Shown here: one piece after another, positions 36,588 to 47,311 of the stretch
Layout of the letters: every line of letters starts with the position of its first letter
Position numbering within the stretch: the stretch's first letter is position 1
Virus record (IMG/VR): IMGVR_UViG_3300027996_000034
Span: 1 to 60,501 of that record
Reading direction: 5' to 3' (one strand)
DNA: 60,501 nucleotides
DNA from: a virus
Taxonomy: Duplodnaviria; Caudoviricetes
Position numbers and translations under genes: made by a program
The notes under the pieces: model-generated
Seen by the model: the letters and a program-made list of their open reading frames with translations, nothing else
Database searches by the model: none
Told to the model about the DNA's origin: nothing

Positions 36588-38864
36588 TTATTTGTTAAAT
36601 CTATATTTAAGACCTTCAGTTACTGCATCCATATACGCATTTGATGTTGATTCTTCTTGTGGCTCTTCTACTTGAATTTCATCACCAGTTTTTGTATCTG
36701 TAATATTTTCAGTATCTTCAACCTCTTCACCATCATCGTCGATTGTAACCTCTTTAGTTTCTTTAACTGATTCGTTTTTCATATCCGAATAAAATTCTTT
36801 GAACATCTTTTCAAGTCCATCAAATTTTGCTCCTTGATCTTTAACGAAATCTTTTGCTTTTGCAATAAAATCCTTTTCATCTTTGGCCTCTTTAGCAAGT
36901 AAATGAAGTTCACTCATTGCACCATCATTAACCATTCTAGTAAGATCTTCGTTAGTTGTTGATTCGTCTAGTAAAATTTTCTTTAATTTTGCAAGTTTCT
37001 TAGAATCCTTTTCTAGTTCTTTAGTTGCAGCTGCAATTTTGGAAGAAGCATCATCACCACCTTCAGTAGCATCTTCAGGAGATTCACCATCTTTTATTTT
37101 AGATTCTGGAGAATCTTCACCGTCTGGTGCTGAATCATCAGGTCCTTGAGTTTCATCCTCATCACCATCTGCAAGATCATCGATCATATCATCAATATCT
37201 TCTCCATCACCTTCTTCAACTTGTAAAGTTTTTTTGTTAAGTTTTTCATTAACACGTTTAGCATCTAAATAAAATTCATTATTCTCAAATGTACCAGTTC
37301 TTAAATACTTACTTAAATCTGTAAAGTAACCTAATTCCTCTGGTGTCAATTTAGATTTGATATATTTTGCAATTTCCGCCATTTCTTTTGTACGTAATTT
37401 AGAGGCTGCTCGATTTTTTGCATTTGAAGTTCCCATATACGGTGTTAATTCCGCATACATTTTTTTCAGAACATCATCATTTTCAAATTTCTTAACGATT
37501 GGTTCTAATATTGCTTTTTTATCAGCTAATTTATCAGCAGCTCTTTTAGCAGCTTTTTTAGCATCGGCCTTTTCGGCAGCATTTACTATTGCCTTTCCAG
37601 CAACGATTGCAGCAACCTGAGCACCGTTGACTAATGCAATAACACCGACAACACCTAATACAATTCCACCAGCTATTGTTAAAACACCAACGGCTTCATC
37701 AATATTTTCATCATCATTAACCACATCACTACCTTGTAGTCCTAAAAGAAATGCAGCAGTAGCATCTTCAAATGTTTTCTTTTTTGCTTCATTAACTGAT
37801 TCTCTAATTCCAAACTTAGCTAGAATTCGAATAGCAGGAACCGCATTATCTTGATCACCATCACCCATGATTACTAATTTACCATTAAGTGTTCCAAATT
37901 CGATCTTATTTATCGTTAGCTCCTTATATAACTTTTTATTTACCGGGTCTTTTATTTCGAATTCCCAATCATAATTATTTCCTTTATCTAGTTTTTTAAC
38001 TTCGAAACCTTCATTAACTTCATCGTCTTCGTTAATATCTTTTAGAAACTTAGTTGCATTTTCTTCAAATGTAAGTTTTGCTTTTTTAGCTTCATAAACT
38101 GCAGCTCCATCAGGATCATAAGAAAATACCGCAGTACCACCTCTTCCATCTAATGCGATTGCATCTTCATTTGGATCTAATTCTTCAGCAGCACCAGAAT
38201 CATCATATTCCGCTAGATCTTTAACTTTACCTATTGCAATAACATTCCAAGTATCACCATTGTAATCAGTAGCTTTATCACCGATTTTAACTTTCTTAAA
38301 AGGTTTGATTTTTTTACCTTCATTAATTGATTCTTCAGATTCATTTAGGAAGTAATAAACTTCAATCCCATAATCATCAACTCTTAATACGTTTAATTTT
38401 TTACTGTAAGTTATATTACCAGCAACTTCAGCAGATAATTTAGGAAGTTTCTTATGAACCATTTCCCAATCCGATCCTTTTTTGTATTTTTCATACTCAT
38501 CACCAGATTCACTATCAGTTGCTTTAACATCTTTTATATTTTTAACTTTAAAGAATTTAGCAATTTCCTTTTTAACCGCAGTAGGAAAACTTGATTCTTC
38601 AGCATTGTACACATCTTCATTAACTGATTCGTTAACTTTCTTTTCTATGGTTATAGTTTCTGCCATTTCTTGCATAACTTTATCTATTCTCCAAGGAACA
38701 ACACCGATAGATGTTAAATAAGTTCGTATAATAGATTCATTCTTTCCTTCACCAACAAGTTTCTGTACTAGCGGTTTTAAAGAACCTGGTCCATAAAAGT
38801 TATATTCGCCTTTAGTAACGAGATTTTCATTTACAAAATCTTCAAAGCTTTTTAATTTACTCAT
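36588..38864 (-). CDS. Modular putative internal-head polyprotein with ESVNE repeats and scaffold-like C-terminus
   Basis: Leader MSKLKSFEDFVNE; ESVNED/ESINEG/DEVNEG/ESVNEA; C-terminus 15/19 identical to the scaffold C-terminus. Confidence 0.7.
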   Translation of the reverse strand: MSKLKSFEDFVNENLVTKGEYNFYGPGSLKPLVQKLVGEGKNESIIRTYLTSIGVVPWRIDKVMQEMAETITIEKKVNESVNEDVYNAEESSFPTAVKKEIAKFFKVKNIKDVKATDSESGDEYEKYKKGSDWEMVHKKLPKLSAEVAGNITYSKKLNVLRVDDYGIEVYYFLNESEESINEGKKIKPFKKVKIGDKATDYNGDTWNVIAIGKVKDLAEYDDSGAAEELDPNEDAIALDGRGGTAVFSYDPDGAAVYEAKKAKLTFEENATKFLKDINEDDEVNEGFEVKKLDKGNNYDWEFEIKDPVNKKLYKELTINKIEFGTLNGKLVIMGDGDQDNAVPAIRILAKFGIRESVNEAKKKTFEDATAAFLLGLQGSDVVNDDENIDEAVGVLTIAGGIVLGVVGVIALVNGAQVAAIVAGKAIVNAAEKADAKKAAKRAADKLADKKAILEPIVKKFENDDVLKKMYAELTPYMGTSNAKNRAASKLRTKEMAEIAKYIKSKLTPEELGYFTDLSKYLRTGTFENNEFYLDAKRVNEKLNKKTLQVEEGDGEDIDDMIDDLADGDEDETQGPDDSAPDGEDSPESKIKDGESPEDATEGGDDASSKIAAATKELEKDSKKLAKLKKILLDESTTNEDLTRMVNDGAMSELHLLAKEAKDEKDFIAKAKDFVKDQGAKFDGLEKMFKEFYSDMKNESVKETKEVTIDDDGEEVEDTENITDTKTGDEIQVEEPQEESTSNAYMDAVTEGLKYRFNK

Positions 38865-38897
38865 GTTTATGTAGTTATTTTATTTATATATTTATCT

Positions 38898-39797
38898 TCA
38901 TTCATTTTGTGGTTTATCGGGATCTGGTGGAGGTAATGGATTACTGTATCCTGATGGATCGATAGGCCATGCTGCATCTTGTGCTCCTCTAGATCCAACC
39001 CATAGGCCACTGGCATTAGGATTGAATGGATCAGTAACCGGAGTGAACCCGCCAGTTTGTGCAATATTTGTAGAGCTGCGGAATGCCTCCATAACCGTTC
39101 CAGCAAACATTTCAGTGTTATTGGGCCCTGAAAAACCGTTATCTTCATTTTTAAATATAGGCATAAATGTCTGTACCTCGATAGTATAATTTATTTTCCA
39201 TTCCTTTTTATCACCAAACGAAAATTCAATCGGTCTTTCTTTTGCAAAATCTTCAGGTAATTGAGCAACTGCTGGAATTCTAGTACCATCAATATCTATT
39301 TGGAAAACATTATTCTTATAAAATATCTCTATGGTTCTTTGAATTCCTTTAAATACATCTAAACTAGAATCAACATATAAATCAACCGTAAAACTTAATT
39401 TCAGTGGTACCATAAATACCTCAGAATTAAATGTTTGCAAAGTGCCATCATCTTGAACTCTTTGATAAAATGCTCTTACAAATTTATTTGTTAATGATCC
39501 AGCATCGATTGAGATACCATCTAATTGTAAAATTGCTCTAGGTAATTGATTGTATACCGATTCTGCACTAGTTGAATTAGTTCCACCAGCCGAGACGGTA
39601 TTCATAAACATATCCATCAAAAATCTTTCATCTCCAGTTGTACTGAAGTAAAATGGAACTTGTACTTTTTGTTTTTCGGTTGGACTTATTTGTTGGTACC
39701 ACCACATCCTATTGTTAAGGGTAGCTAGCACACCAACAATTATATTACGTAAAACAACGTCATCTTTATTAAATTCTAAATCGTAGAGTTGGGACAT
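38898..39797 (-). CDS. Tail terminator / sheath stabilizer (gp15-like)
   Basis: LRNIIVG..VQVPFYF..ERFL..LPRAIL..VPLKLSFTVDLY pattern; late motif at 39816. Confidence 0.7.
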   Translation of the reverse strand: MSQLYDLEFNKDDVVLRNIIVGVLATLNNRMWWYQQISPTEKQKVQVPFYFSTTGDERFLMDMFMNTVSAGGTNSTSAESVYNQLPRAILQLDGISIDAGSLTNKFVRAFYQRVQDDGTLQTFNSEVFMVPLKLSFTVDLYVDSSLDVFKGIQRTIEIFYKNNVFQIDIDGTRIPAVAQLPEDFAKERPIEFSFGDKKEWKINYTIEVQTFMPIFKNEDNGFSGPNNTEMFAGTVMEAFRSSTNIAQTGGFTPVTDPFNPNASGLWVGSRGAQDAAWPIDPSGYSNPLPPPDPDKPQNE

Positions 39798-39826
39798 CTA
39801 TAAAGTCTTATTTGTTTATATATCCT

Positions 39827-41494
39827 TTAAACAATTGACTCTAATGAAAGTTTAGAAAAGCCACCTTCTTTATATGCTTCGGCTTTGATATCGAAGAGAT
39901 TGACTGGTAATTCGGAATGATTAATAACCCATGTATTCAGGCCAGTTTCTTGTACAGTTTCTTTAAGGATTCCTATAATTTCATGAATACCTGCTCCATC
40001 GATTGATGAGAATATTTCATCTAAAAATAGCATATTAACGCTTGGATATCGGACCTTAAGAAGTTTTATCATTGCAATAATAATTATAAAGTCTGATTTC
40101 TTTCTTTCTCCAGTACTCATAGTATTTGGATTGATTTCTTCACCTAATGAAGTTATTTTGCAATTGAATTTTTCATCAAATTTAATTCGATGAGGTATAT
40201 GCATTTGCTTTACCATTGAATCAATAGAAGCATTTAGTGGAGGTAGGATAGTTTTTAATGCAAGGTTTTTAACTCCATCTTCTCCAAGTATATTTTCAAC
40301 AACTTCTAAAAATTTCTCATTAATTTCTCTTTTATATTTTAAATCATTTTTAGATTTAGTTGTTTCTGTATTTTCATTTATAAGTTGTTTAAGATATTGA
40401 AAGTCTTTATTTTCAGATTTGGATATAGTACTGTTTAATTCAAATTCATATTGTCCGATAAGGGTTTCTAATCGAGTTATTGAATCTTTAGAATCTTTCA
40501 CAAATTTAGTACATTTAGATAAATTATCCGTTGCAGTAGTTAGCTCCTCGCGTATAGTAATTAAATCTGTCTTTTTTTCTTTAGCTTGTTTATTGAAACT
40601 CTTTCTAGTATGATCGTAATCAGGTCCATGAAAATCATTTCCACATGTTGGACATTTATCACGTTCAAACAAATCAATGGATTTCTTAATAAAGGATAAA
40701 TCGTTGATTAAAGTTGATTCATCTCGTGATTTCTCTTGAACTATCTTTTCTAATACAATATATTTATTATTGAGTTTTTTCAATATTTTAAGTGTATTGG
40801 CATGTTTATCTGTGACTTTCACTAATTTATCTTCGTATTCTCCGATCAATTTAGTTTGATCAACTCGATTTTCTTTCTTTAATAATTCAATTTTTTGATT
40901 GATTGATGTTATTGATTCATCTAATATATTAAGTTCATCATAAAGAGTTTGTATATCTTGTTTGGCATCTCTACGCTTTTCTCGTATACTTTCCCTCATA
41001 TGATTGATGATAGTGAATCCAAATAATCGATCGACAATATTTCGTTTGTCACCACTTGACATTGTTAAAAACGATTTGAAATCATTAACTGAAAGGATAA
41101 TGATGTTCTTAAAAACTTGATATGGAATATCTAATATTTCAGTCTCTAAATAATCTTGTACGTTTTTGTTTCCGGCTTGATCGTATATAGTTCCATTTAT
41201 AAACAATTCAAAATAATTTGGCATTATTCCACGTCGGATAGTTATTTCTTTACCTTTAGCTGAAAGTTGTATTGTAACTTCCATACCTCTATTAATTCGA
41301 TTAGCTAAATCACCCAATCGTTTACCTTCAACTTTACCATATAGTCCATAAGTAATAGCTTCAGCAATAGAGCTTTTTCCGGATCCATTCTGACCAACAA
41401 GTAAATATAATTGGCCTTCTTTAGTGAAGTCTATTTTTTGTATAACGTTACCATATCCGTTAAAGTTCTTCCATTCAATGTTTCTTATTTTCAT
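39827..41494 (-). CDS. gp46: Recombination ATPase (Rad50/SbcC-like)
   Basis: GQNGSGKS, CPTCG hook, MSTGE signature, LFLDEIFSSID. Confidence 0.95.
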   Translation of the reverse strand: MKIRNIEWKNFNGYGNVIQKIDFTKEGQLYLLVGQNGSGKSSIAEAITYGLYGKVEGKRLGDLANRINRGMEVTIQLSAKGKEITIRRGIMPNYFELFINGTIYDQAGNKNVQDYLETEILDIPYQVFKNIIILSVNDFKSFLTMSSGDKRNIVDRLFGFTIINHMRESIREKRRDAKQDIQTLYDELNILDESITSINQKIELLKKENRVDQTKLIGEYEDKLVKVTDKHANTLKILKKLNNKYIVLEKIVQEKSRDESTLINDLSFIKKSIDLFERDKCPTCGNDFHGPDYDHTRKSFNKQAKEKKTDLITIREELTTATDNLSKCTKFVKDSKDSITRLETLIGQYEFELNSTISKSENKDFQYLKQLINENTETTKSKNDLKYKREINEKFLEVVENILGEDGVKNLALKTILPPLNASIDSMVKQMHIPHRIKFDEKFNCKITSLGEEINPNTMSTGERKKSDFIIIIAMIKLLKVRYPSVNMLFLDEIFSSIDGAGIHEIIGILKETVQETGLNTWVINHSELPVNLFDIKAEAYKEGGFSKLSLESIV

Positions 41495-42582
41495 TTTGAT
41501 GCTGTTTTATATACGTCTTTTAATAATGACAAAACTTCGGTTTTCATACCTTCATCTATAGACATTCCATCTACGTATTTCTCGCAAAGGTTATACGTAT
41601 CTAAGGTTTTGTCATAATCAATATCGTAATCATGTTGATGATCAGATTCGTCAATTTCAAAAGGTATCACATCTAATCTTTTAGATACCTTGCTTATTTC
41701 ATCTATTAATGGAGTCACTTGATATTTCATTAAATAATCATTTGGTACATATATGTCTACGAAGTTATTTGTAGCAACTTTAATTAATTCATCTAATGTT
41801 GACTCCAATGCTTTATTAATATAGATCTTTACGAATTTTGGAGAATATGTGTTTTCGTAAAACGTTTCTTCACCAGATTCAAAATCTAAACACCAAAATC
41901 CTTTTGTATTTTGTGCATCACTTCTAGTCATTTGATATGGATTGCCTACATATAAAATATTCTTATATTCTTGAGTGGTATGTATATGTCCAGTATAAAC
42001 CCTAGTAAAATCTTTACAATGATCTGAACTAACTCCATCTCCAGCATGTCTATATTTATCGAATCTTGCACCTTGGATTGTAGTATGACAAAATAAATAA
42101 GATGCAGGACTGCCTGCAATACAAGCTTCTTCATCGGCTGGAGATTTCCTCCAAGGCATTAAAAGCAATTCAGTTCCATTCTTAGTAGATAATGTAACCG
42201 GTTCTTTATATATGTTTACATTTGGTATATACTTGATGGTATCTAACGATGTTATATCATTTGTGTTTTTTCTCATGATATCATGATTTCCTGCAATAAC
42301 ATATATTCCATCTACAAAAATTTTACCCAACTCTTCAAAAAGCTGCATTGTTTGATGAAGAACCAACAAATTAACACTTTGTCGATTATCATACACATCT
42401 CCACAATGTATTAGAATATCACCTGGCCGATAATTTTTTTTGACTATTGGTATAAAGTAGTCATTAAAATATCCGATCATTCGATCAAGCCATTCTACGC
42501 TATTATTTCTAGCACCAAAATGAGTATCTGATATTATCCAAACTCTTTTTGCTGGGGTTTTGTGTGATTTATCTTCTGTCAT
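41491..42582 (-). CDS. gp47: Recombination nuclease (Mre11/SbcD-like)
   Basis: SDTHFG, GDVYDNR, GNHD, GHIH. Confidence 0.95.
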   Translation of the reverse strand: MTEDKSHKTPAKRVWIISDTHFGARNNSVEWLDRMIGYFNDYFIPIVKKNYRPGDILIHCGDVYDNRQSVNLLVLHQTMQLFEELGKIFVDGIYVIAGNHDIMRKNTNDITSLDTIKYIPNVNIYKEPVTLSTKNGTELLLMPWRKSPADEEACIAGSPASYLFCHTTIQGARFDKYRHAGDGVSSDHCKDFTRVYTGHIHTTQEYKNILYVGNPYQMTRSDAQNTKGFWCLDFESGEETFYENTYSPKFVKIYINKALESTLDELIKVATNNFVDIYVPNDYLMKYQVTPLIDEISKVSKRLDVIPFEIDESDHQHDYDIDYDKTLDTYNLCEKYVDGMSIDEGMKTEVLSLLKDVYKTASK

Positions 42583-42584
42583 AC

Positions 42585-43076
42585 TTAAAATAATGGTCCT
42601 CCAGTTTTCTCTCGTAAATTACCATCACTGCGTAATTCATCGATAAGTTCTTTTTTAAATGTATTTGAAAGTGAATCATAAAATTTATTTGAATTCACAT
42701 CAAAATAATCTTGTACAATTGAAAATATTTGAACTCTAGGAAAGTCTGGTAATTTAGCTAAAACATATGAGTATACCTCGTTGATTTGCATTTTATTTAA
42801 TTTTTTGTATTGGCCTTCAGAATCCGGTTTGTTATATTTTATGAATTTACTTTTTTCTAATACTGTTAGAACCACATCATAAGACATATCATATTCTAAC
42901 GAATCCATAAAATCTTTACCTTGATTGTATTGAGATGATAATGTAAAATTAGTATCCGGTCCTTGATACGCAGTTTGTTCATATTTATTATCAAATATTT
43001 TATCCTGTGGTAAATTAGTTGTTTCATCTAATTCATCTTTTATAGGCTCATCTTTTGGTTTTTTATCTGGGAACAT
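42585..43076 (-). CDS. Hypothetical protein, C-terminus loosely gp33-like (late co-activator)
   Basis: 163 aa; ..LSNTFKKELIDEL..GNL..PLF weakly recalls gp33; function not established. Confidence 0.35.
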   Translation of the reverse strand: MFPDKKPKDEPIKDELDETTNLPQDKIFDNKYEQTAYQGPDTNFTLSSQYNQGKDFMDSLEYDMSYDVVLTVLEKSKFIKYNKPDSEGQYKKLNKMQINEVYSYVLAKLPDFPRVQIFSIVQDYFDVNSNKFYDSLSNTFKKELIDELRSDGNLREKTGGPLF

Positions 43077-43085
43077 ATTTTTAAT

Positions 43086-44387
43086 TTAGGTTAGTGAATG
43101 AACGATTTCATCCGTTTCGTGGAGTCGCATATAATCGTATGCTATATTGTATTTACATTTGGTATTTTTACCAGTACCTTTTCTTACTTTAAGAATTTTT
43201 AGCCAGTATTCATTATCTAAATGCATTGAACTATCTTGTATAATACCGTACATAAAATCAGCAGTGTGGCCGAGTCCAGCTGATTCTGCGATATTTCCCA
43301 TGTTAATTTCTGATGCATCATAACCACTACGATTAATTTGAGTTGCCGTTATAATTATCCATGCATTTCGACTAGCCATAGCTCTAAGATCTTCTGCTAT
43401 TTGTTTAATCTTCATATATGTATTTTCAGTATTAGGATTTCGTTGATTTGCTAATATGTTTATGTAATCTACAATAACAACTTTTAATTTAATTCCTTTG
43501 GATTCTTCTAAGGTTCGTAAATATGCTTCAAGATCATTTACAGTTGCTTGAGACGTTGGATAGTCTTTTACATAAAGATTTCCAGGTGGAATTATAGATC
43601 CACTAAGAGAAGCGAGTTTCTTTTTTACTTTTGATTCATCTTTTGAAAACGTGATATATTTAGACATTGGGATGTTAAGCATATTAGCACCGATTCTTTG
43701 AACAACATCGCCTTCTGCCATTTCTGCACTAATGAATGCAACATCATAACCATCTTTGATATAATTGACTGCATCATTAGCTAACCATATAGATTTTCCT
43801 ATATTTTGTTCACCTGCATAACATATTAAATTTCCTACTGAATAACCACCATCAGTTCGTTGGTCTATCCATCGATGATTAGATGGTATTTTATTTTCAC
43901 TTGCAATCTTATGTGAAGATGCATCGAAAAAGTTAAGACCTAAAGATTCATCAAATACAATTGAATTACGTTCAACAAAAAGTTGTTTAACTTTAGAAAC
44001 CACTTCATTTATATTTTGTGGTGTAACTTTGACGGTTTTCATATACTCTAAACCATCGATAAAAGTCTTATCTAAATTCTTCCATAATATCCAAGCTTCT
44101 GTAGTTTCTTGAACCCATTCATCGTCATATGATTTTAGATTCTGACTGAATACTAAATCTATTAGTGATTCAGATAATCTATCTTTAAATTTATCTTGTT
44201 TGGTTAAAAGCTTTAATTGCTCTCTTGATGGGGATTCGTTGAATCTGGTATAAAAGGCTTCTGATACCTCAAACATTAACCCTAATTCATCGTTTTCAAA
44301 AAAGTGAGTCTTAATAGACTTAAAATATTTAGGTTTTTCTAATGTATGTAAATAGAATACCTTTTCAAATTCAACAATATCTAACAT
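43086..44387 (-). CDS. gp41: Replicative DnaB-like helicase
   Basis: GEQNIGKS, ISAEMAE, VKDYPT, IVDYINI, AEDLRAMA, TATQINR, IAES. Confidence 0.95.
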   Translation of the reverse strand: MLDIVEFEKVFYLHTLEKPKYFKSIKTHFFENDELGLMFEVSEAFYTRFNESPSREQLKLLTKQDKFKDRLSESLIDLVFSQNLKSYDDEWVQETTEAWILWKNLDKTFIDGLEYMKTVKVTPQNINEVVSKVKQLFVERNSIVFDESLGLNFFDASSHKIASENKIPSNHRWIDQRTDGGYSVGNLICYAGEQNIGKSIWLANDAVNYIKDGYDVAFISAEMAEGDVVQRIGANMLNIPMSKYITFSKDESKVKKKLASLSGSIIPPGNLYVKDYPTSQATVNDLEAYLRTLEESKGIKLKVVIVDYINILANQRNPNTENTYMKIKQIAEDLRAMASRNAWIIITATQINRSGYDASEINMGNIAESAGLGHTADFMYGIIQDSSMHLDNEYWLKILKVRKGTGKNTKCKYNIAYDYMRLHETDEIVHSLT

Positions 44388-44388
44388 T

Positions 44389-44697
44389 TTATCTTTTATT
44401 TATTTTATGATAGATTGTGTGTTTAGTTTCTTTTATAATTTCAACATCACCGCATTCAATCATTTCTGATAAAATATCATATGCTTTTTTAGGTAGGTTC
44501 TTTTCTTTAATGAGATTATTTGTAAATATAGTATCAGATTCCATAGGTAATCCTCGATTATCATGTATAAATGCCTTTCCTCCTTCTAAATGATACCATT
44601 CGTCTGCCATTGCAAATATATCCTCTTTAGTTGGATAATCTGGTTCATCTCGATATGTGCCGATGATGTATTTTATTTTAAGATTGTTCCTCTTCAT
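44389..44697 (-). CDS. Hypothetical protein
   Basis: 102 aa ORF packed between UvsX and helicase. Confidence 0.65.
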   Translation of the reverse strand: MKRNNLKIKYIIGTYRDEPDYPTKEDIFAMADEWYHLEGGKAFIHDNRGLPMESDTIFTNNLIKEKNLPKKAYDILSEMIECGDVEIIKETKHTIYHKINKR

Positions 44698-45892
44698 CTA
44701 TTTCCATTATTGTTTCTAATTCATCTACTAGATTTTCATTATTGACACCATAATTAAATGCCGGTTTAATAACCTTTTCATCTAATTCTCTCAATATATT
44801 TTCAGGGAATGTTGTTTTTGTAAATAATTCAGCAACATTTACCGAATCATCTAAATGTTTAACCACCCATTTCATAGCTTTTGGATTAGCCATAAATGCT
44901 AATTTTCTTCCATCCGCTGCAGTCCAAACCGTTTTTCTAATTTTGTTTTTTGCTTGTTCTGAAATTTTTTGTTTATCTATTGCAGCTTCCGTTATTATAT
45001 TTCCTTTTGCGATTCCACAAGATTCCCATGTTATATAATCATGAAGTCCCATAAATTCATTCATTCCTTTATCAAAATGTATAATGACTTTAACTGGAGT
45101 TGGTTTAGCAAAACGATTTTTGTTCGGAGTCGCTGTCATGATAATTCCAGATTTAACTGCATTTTCTTTTAGTTGGGCCTTTCTTAAAAACAAAATTATA
45201 GATGCAAAATACTCAGGACCGGTTCCACCACCAGCAGTAACGATTGGTATAAATGATTGACCGGAATATGTATGATTTGTAAATATAAACGGAATCTTAC
45301 ATTCCGCTAATTGAGTTCCTAGTATTCTGAATAACGATTTGATGGTTTTTGCTCTAGTCATATCGGCCTTTTCACTGCCTGATAATGCATCATCGATTTC
45401 TTTTTGTGAAGCAAGGTTCCCTAGAGAATCTAAGCTTACTAATATTTTTGGAACTTCGAGACCTTTACGTTTTTGGTCACTTATTATTTTAGTTAAGTTT
45501 GTTATTGATGTTCTAAATTCTTGAACCGTATTACACGGTTCGTATCTAAGTTTTTTTGGATCTATACCAAATCGTTTTATTAATTCTGTATCAACCGCGG
45601 TTTCTGAATCATAAAATATAATTTGATATCCCATTTCAGTAGCCTTTTTAATTGCATTTAATAACACAAATGTTTTTCCAGTACCAGATGGACCAGCAAA
45701 ACATACAGAACGATTGTTTGGAATTCCTCCAAATAATGATCCTGATATACATGCATTTAGTAAATAATTTCCGGTACCGATATATTCATCGATTTTAGAG
45801 AAAACACTTTTGTCCATAACTTCCCCGTGTAGAGATGTTTTTGATAATGATGCATTTAAATCATCAAATGTAAATTCTTTTTCTTTTGCCAT
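44678..45892 (-). CDS. uvsX: RecA-like recombinase (start re-assigned to ATG 45892)
   Basis: AGPSGTGKT, YDSETA, LDSLGNL, DMTRAK, FTNHTY, GGGTG. Confidence 0.93.
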   Translation of the reverse strand: MAKEKEFTFDDLNASLSKTSLHGEVMDKSVFSKIDEYIGTGNYLLNACISGSLFGGIPNNRSVCFAGPSGTGKTFVLLNAIKKATEMGYQIIFYDSETAVDTELIKRFGIDPKKLRYEPCNTVQEFRTSITNLTKIISDQKRKGLEVPKILVSLDSLGNLASQKEIDDALSGSEKADMTRAKTIKSLFRILGTQLAECKIPFIFTNHTYSGQSFIPIVTAGGGTGPEYFASIILFLRKAQLKENAVKSGIIMTATPNKNRFAKPTPVKVIIHFDKGMNEFMGLHDYITWESCGIAKGNIITEAAIDKQKISEQAKNKIRKTVWTAADGRKLAFMANPKAMKWVVKHLDDSVNVAELFTKTTFPENILRELDEKVIKPAFNYGVNNENLVDELETIMEIDEEEQS

Positions 45893-45893
45893 T

Positions 45894-46166
45894 TTATTTT
45901 TTATTTTTAAGTTCACAATCACAAATTGCGTTGCCTCTATTACACCAACATCCTTTGCTATAAACATACTCGATATTTTCTTCAGTTATGTATCCAGAAT
46001 CTGTTATAAGTTCTTGTTTGGTTACACAAACTGTCTCGAATTTTATTGAGAAGTCTTCAAATTCTTCTAATGCGAGAACCTTCAATTGAATAAAATCTTT
46101 TACAGATTCTGTTCCATTAGTTTGTATTATGATTAATTTCTTTTCTTCGTCTATTGTATATTTCAT
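45894..46166 (-). CDS. Hypothetical protein
   Basis: 90 aa, C-terminal CxC..CxC. Confidence 0.6.
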   Translation of the reverse strand: MKYTIDEEKKLIIIQTNGTESVKDFIQLKVLALEEFEDFSIKFETVCVTKQELITDSGYITEENIEYVYSKGCWCNRGNAICDCELKNKK

Positions 46167-46179
46167 GTCTTTATATTTT

Positions 46180-47310
46180 TTAGAATAACGATAATGTATA
46201 CGCTAAGCTTCGGTTTAATCTTGGCATTCCGGATGGAATAACAATTCTATTTAATGGTTCGAGTATAAACATTTCAAATTGTCGTTCAATATCTATTTTT
46301 GGTGCTAATTGATATGGATATTCTCCTGGCAAATAACCAAATACATCACAAAATTGATCATCTGCATAATACCAACGAATTTTATCGCTTGTTTTTACAA
46401 GGTCAAAATTATTTTTTTGTGGTGAATTATTGACTAAATAGTTATGATACGCACCAGCTCGAACATGTATTGGACATCCTTTAGCGAGTTCAAATTCGTT
46501 TGTATCATTTAATACAAATTTATTGTAATCTCCGATTCTTCGATTAGATGATATTTGTTCTATATCGGCTAATTTGAATTGAGTCTTAATATCTTTAAGT
46601 ACTTGAGTTAATTCAGCAACAACATCGTTATCTAATCTATCTTTTGAAAATAGAAATTTTACGATATCAGTTAGTTTATCTCGACAGAAAGCCGGGGTTG
46701 ATGATTGTATAATTTCTAAACCTTTAGTCGATATGTATGTAAGAGGATCATAAGTTTTACCATCCTTCCAAACAATATTTTGAACATATTTCTTTTTTGA
46801 AACCCATATTGCATTATTTGCTATCGTCTCAAGTTCAAAATCTAAGAAGTTTTCAGAATTATAAGAATTTGCATAATCAGAAAGTACTTTTTTAATATAG
46901 TCTGCTAATCGATGTTTGTTAATTTGTAAAATGAAGTCTGTTATTTCGCCATCCCATTTACAAGATTCCATAACCTCTTCGAATACGATATATCCTGAAT
47001 CCGTATCTGTATATTTCCATACATGTCGTTTGAGCGGCTTAACCTCACTTAATCCCATTGTTTTATGAAGTGCAAAATCTTTATGCCAAAATTCTTTGAA
47101 GTATTTTTCAACACAACGTTCAGTATATTTTATTGCATCTTGGCCTTGAAGAGTTACTGTTTCAGCGATTACTGTGCTTCTAAAATGGAACCAGTCATTT
47201 GCAAATGCTCCATAAATAGAATTAATGCACAACTTTATAGCTTCTTGTAAGTTGAAACATCTAAGGCTTTCCTTTTCTAGACTCTGTATTTTAAGTTCTT
47301 TTTCAGTCAT
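46180..47310 (-). CDS. gp43: Family B DNA polymerase, C-terminal subunit (fingers half, palm motif C, thumb)
   Basis: KLCINSIYG, TLQGQ, YTDTDS, KKKYV, KGLEIIQSSTP. Confidence 0.93.
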   Translation of the reverse strand: MTEKELKIQSLEKESLRCFNLQEAIKLCINSIYGAFANDWFHFRSTVIAETVTLQGQDAIKYTERCVEKYFKEFWHKDFALHKTMGLSEVKPLKRHVWKYTDTDSGYIVFEEVMESCKWDGEITDFILQINKHRLADYIKKVLSDYANSYNSENFLDFELETIANNAIWVSKKKYVQNIVWKDGKTYDPLTYISTKGLEIIQSSTPAFCRDKLTDIVKFLFSKDRLDNDVVAELTQVLKDIKTQFKLADIEQISSNRRIGDYNKFVLNDTNEFELAKGCPIHVRAGAYHNYLVNNSPQKNNFDLVKTSDKIRWYYADDQFCDVFGYLPGEYPYQLAPKIDIERQFEMFILEPLNRIVIPSGMPRLNRSLAYTLSLF

Positions 47311-47311
47311 A

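Noticed and set aside
45893-45967. Track's extended N-terminus of UvsX
   Set aside because: Overlaps the upstream gene; ATG at 45892 lies immediately after that gene's stop and is the more plausible start
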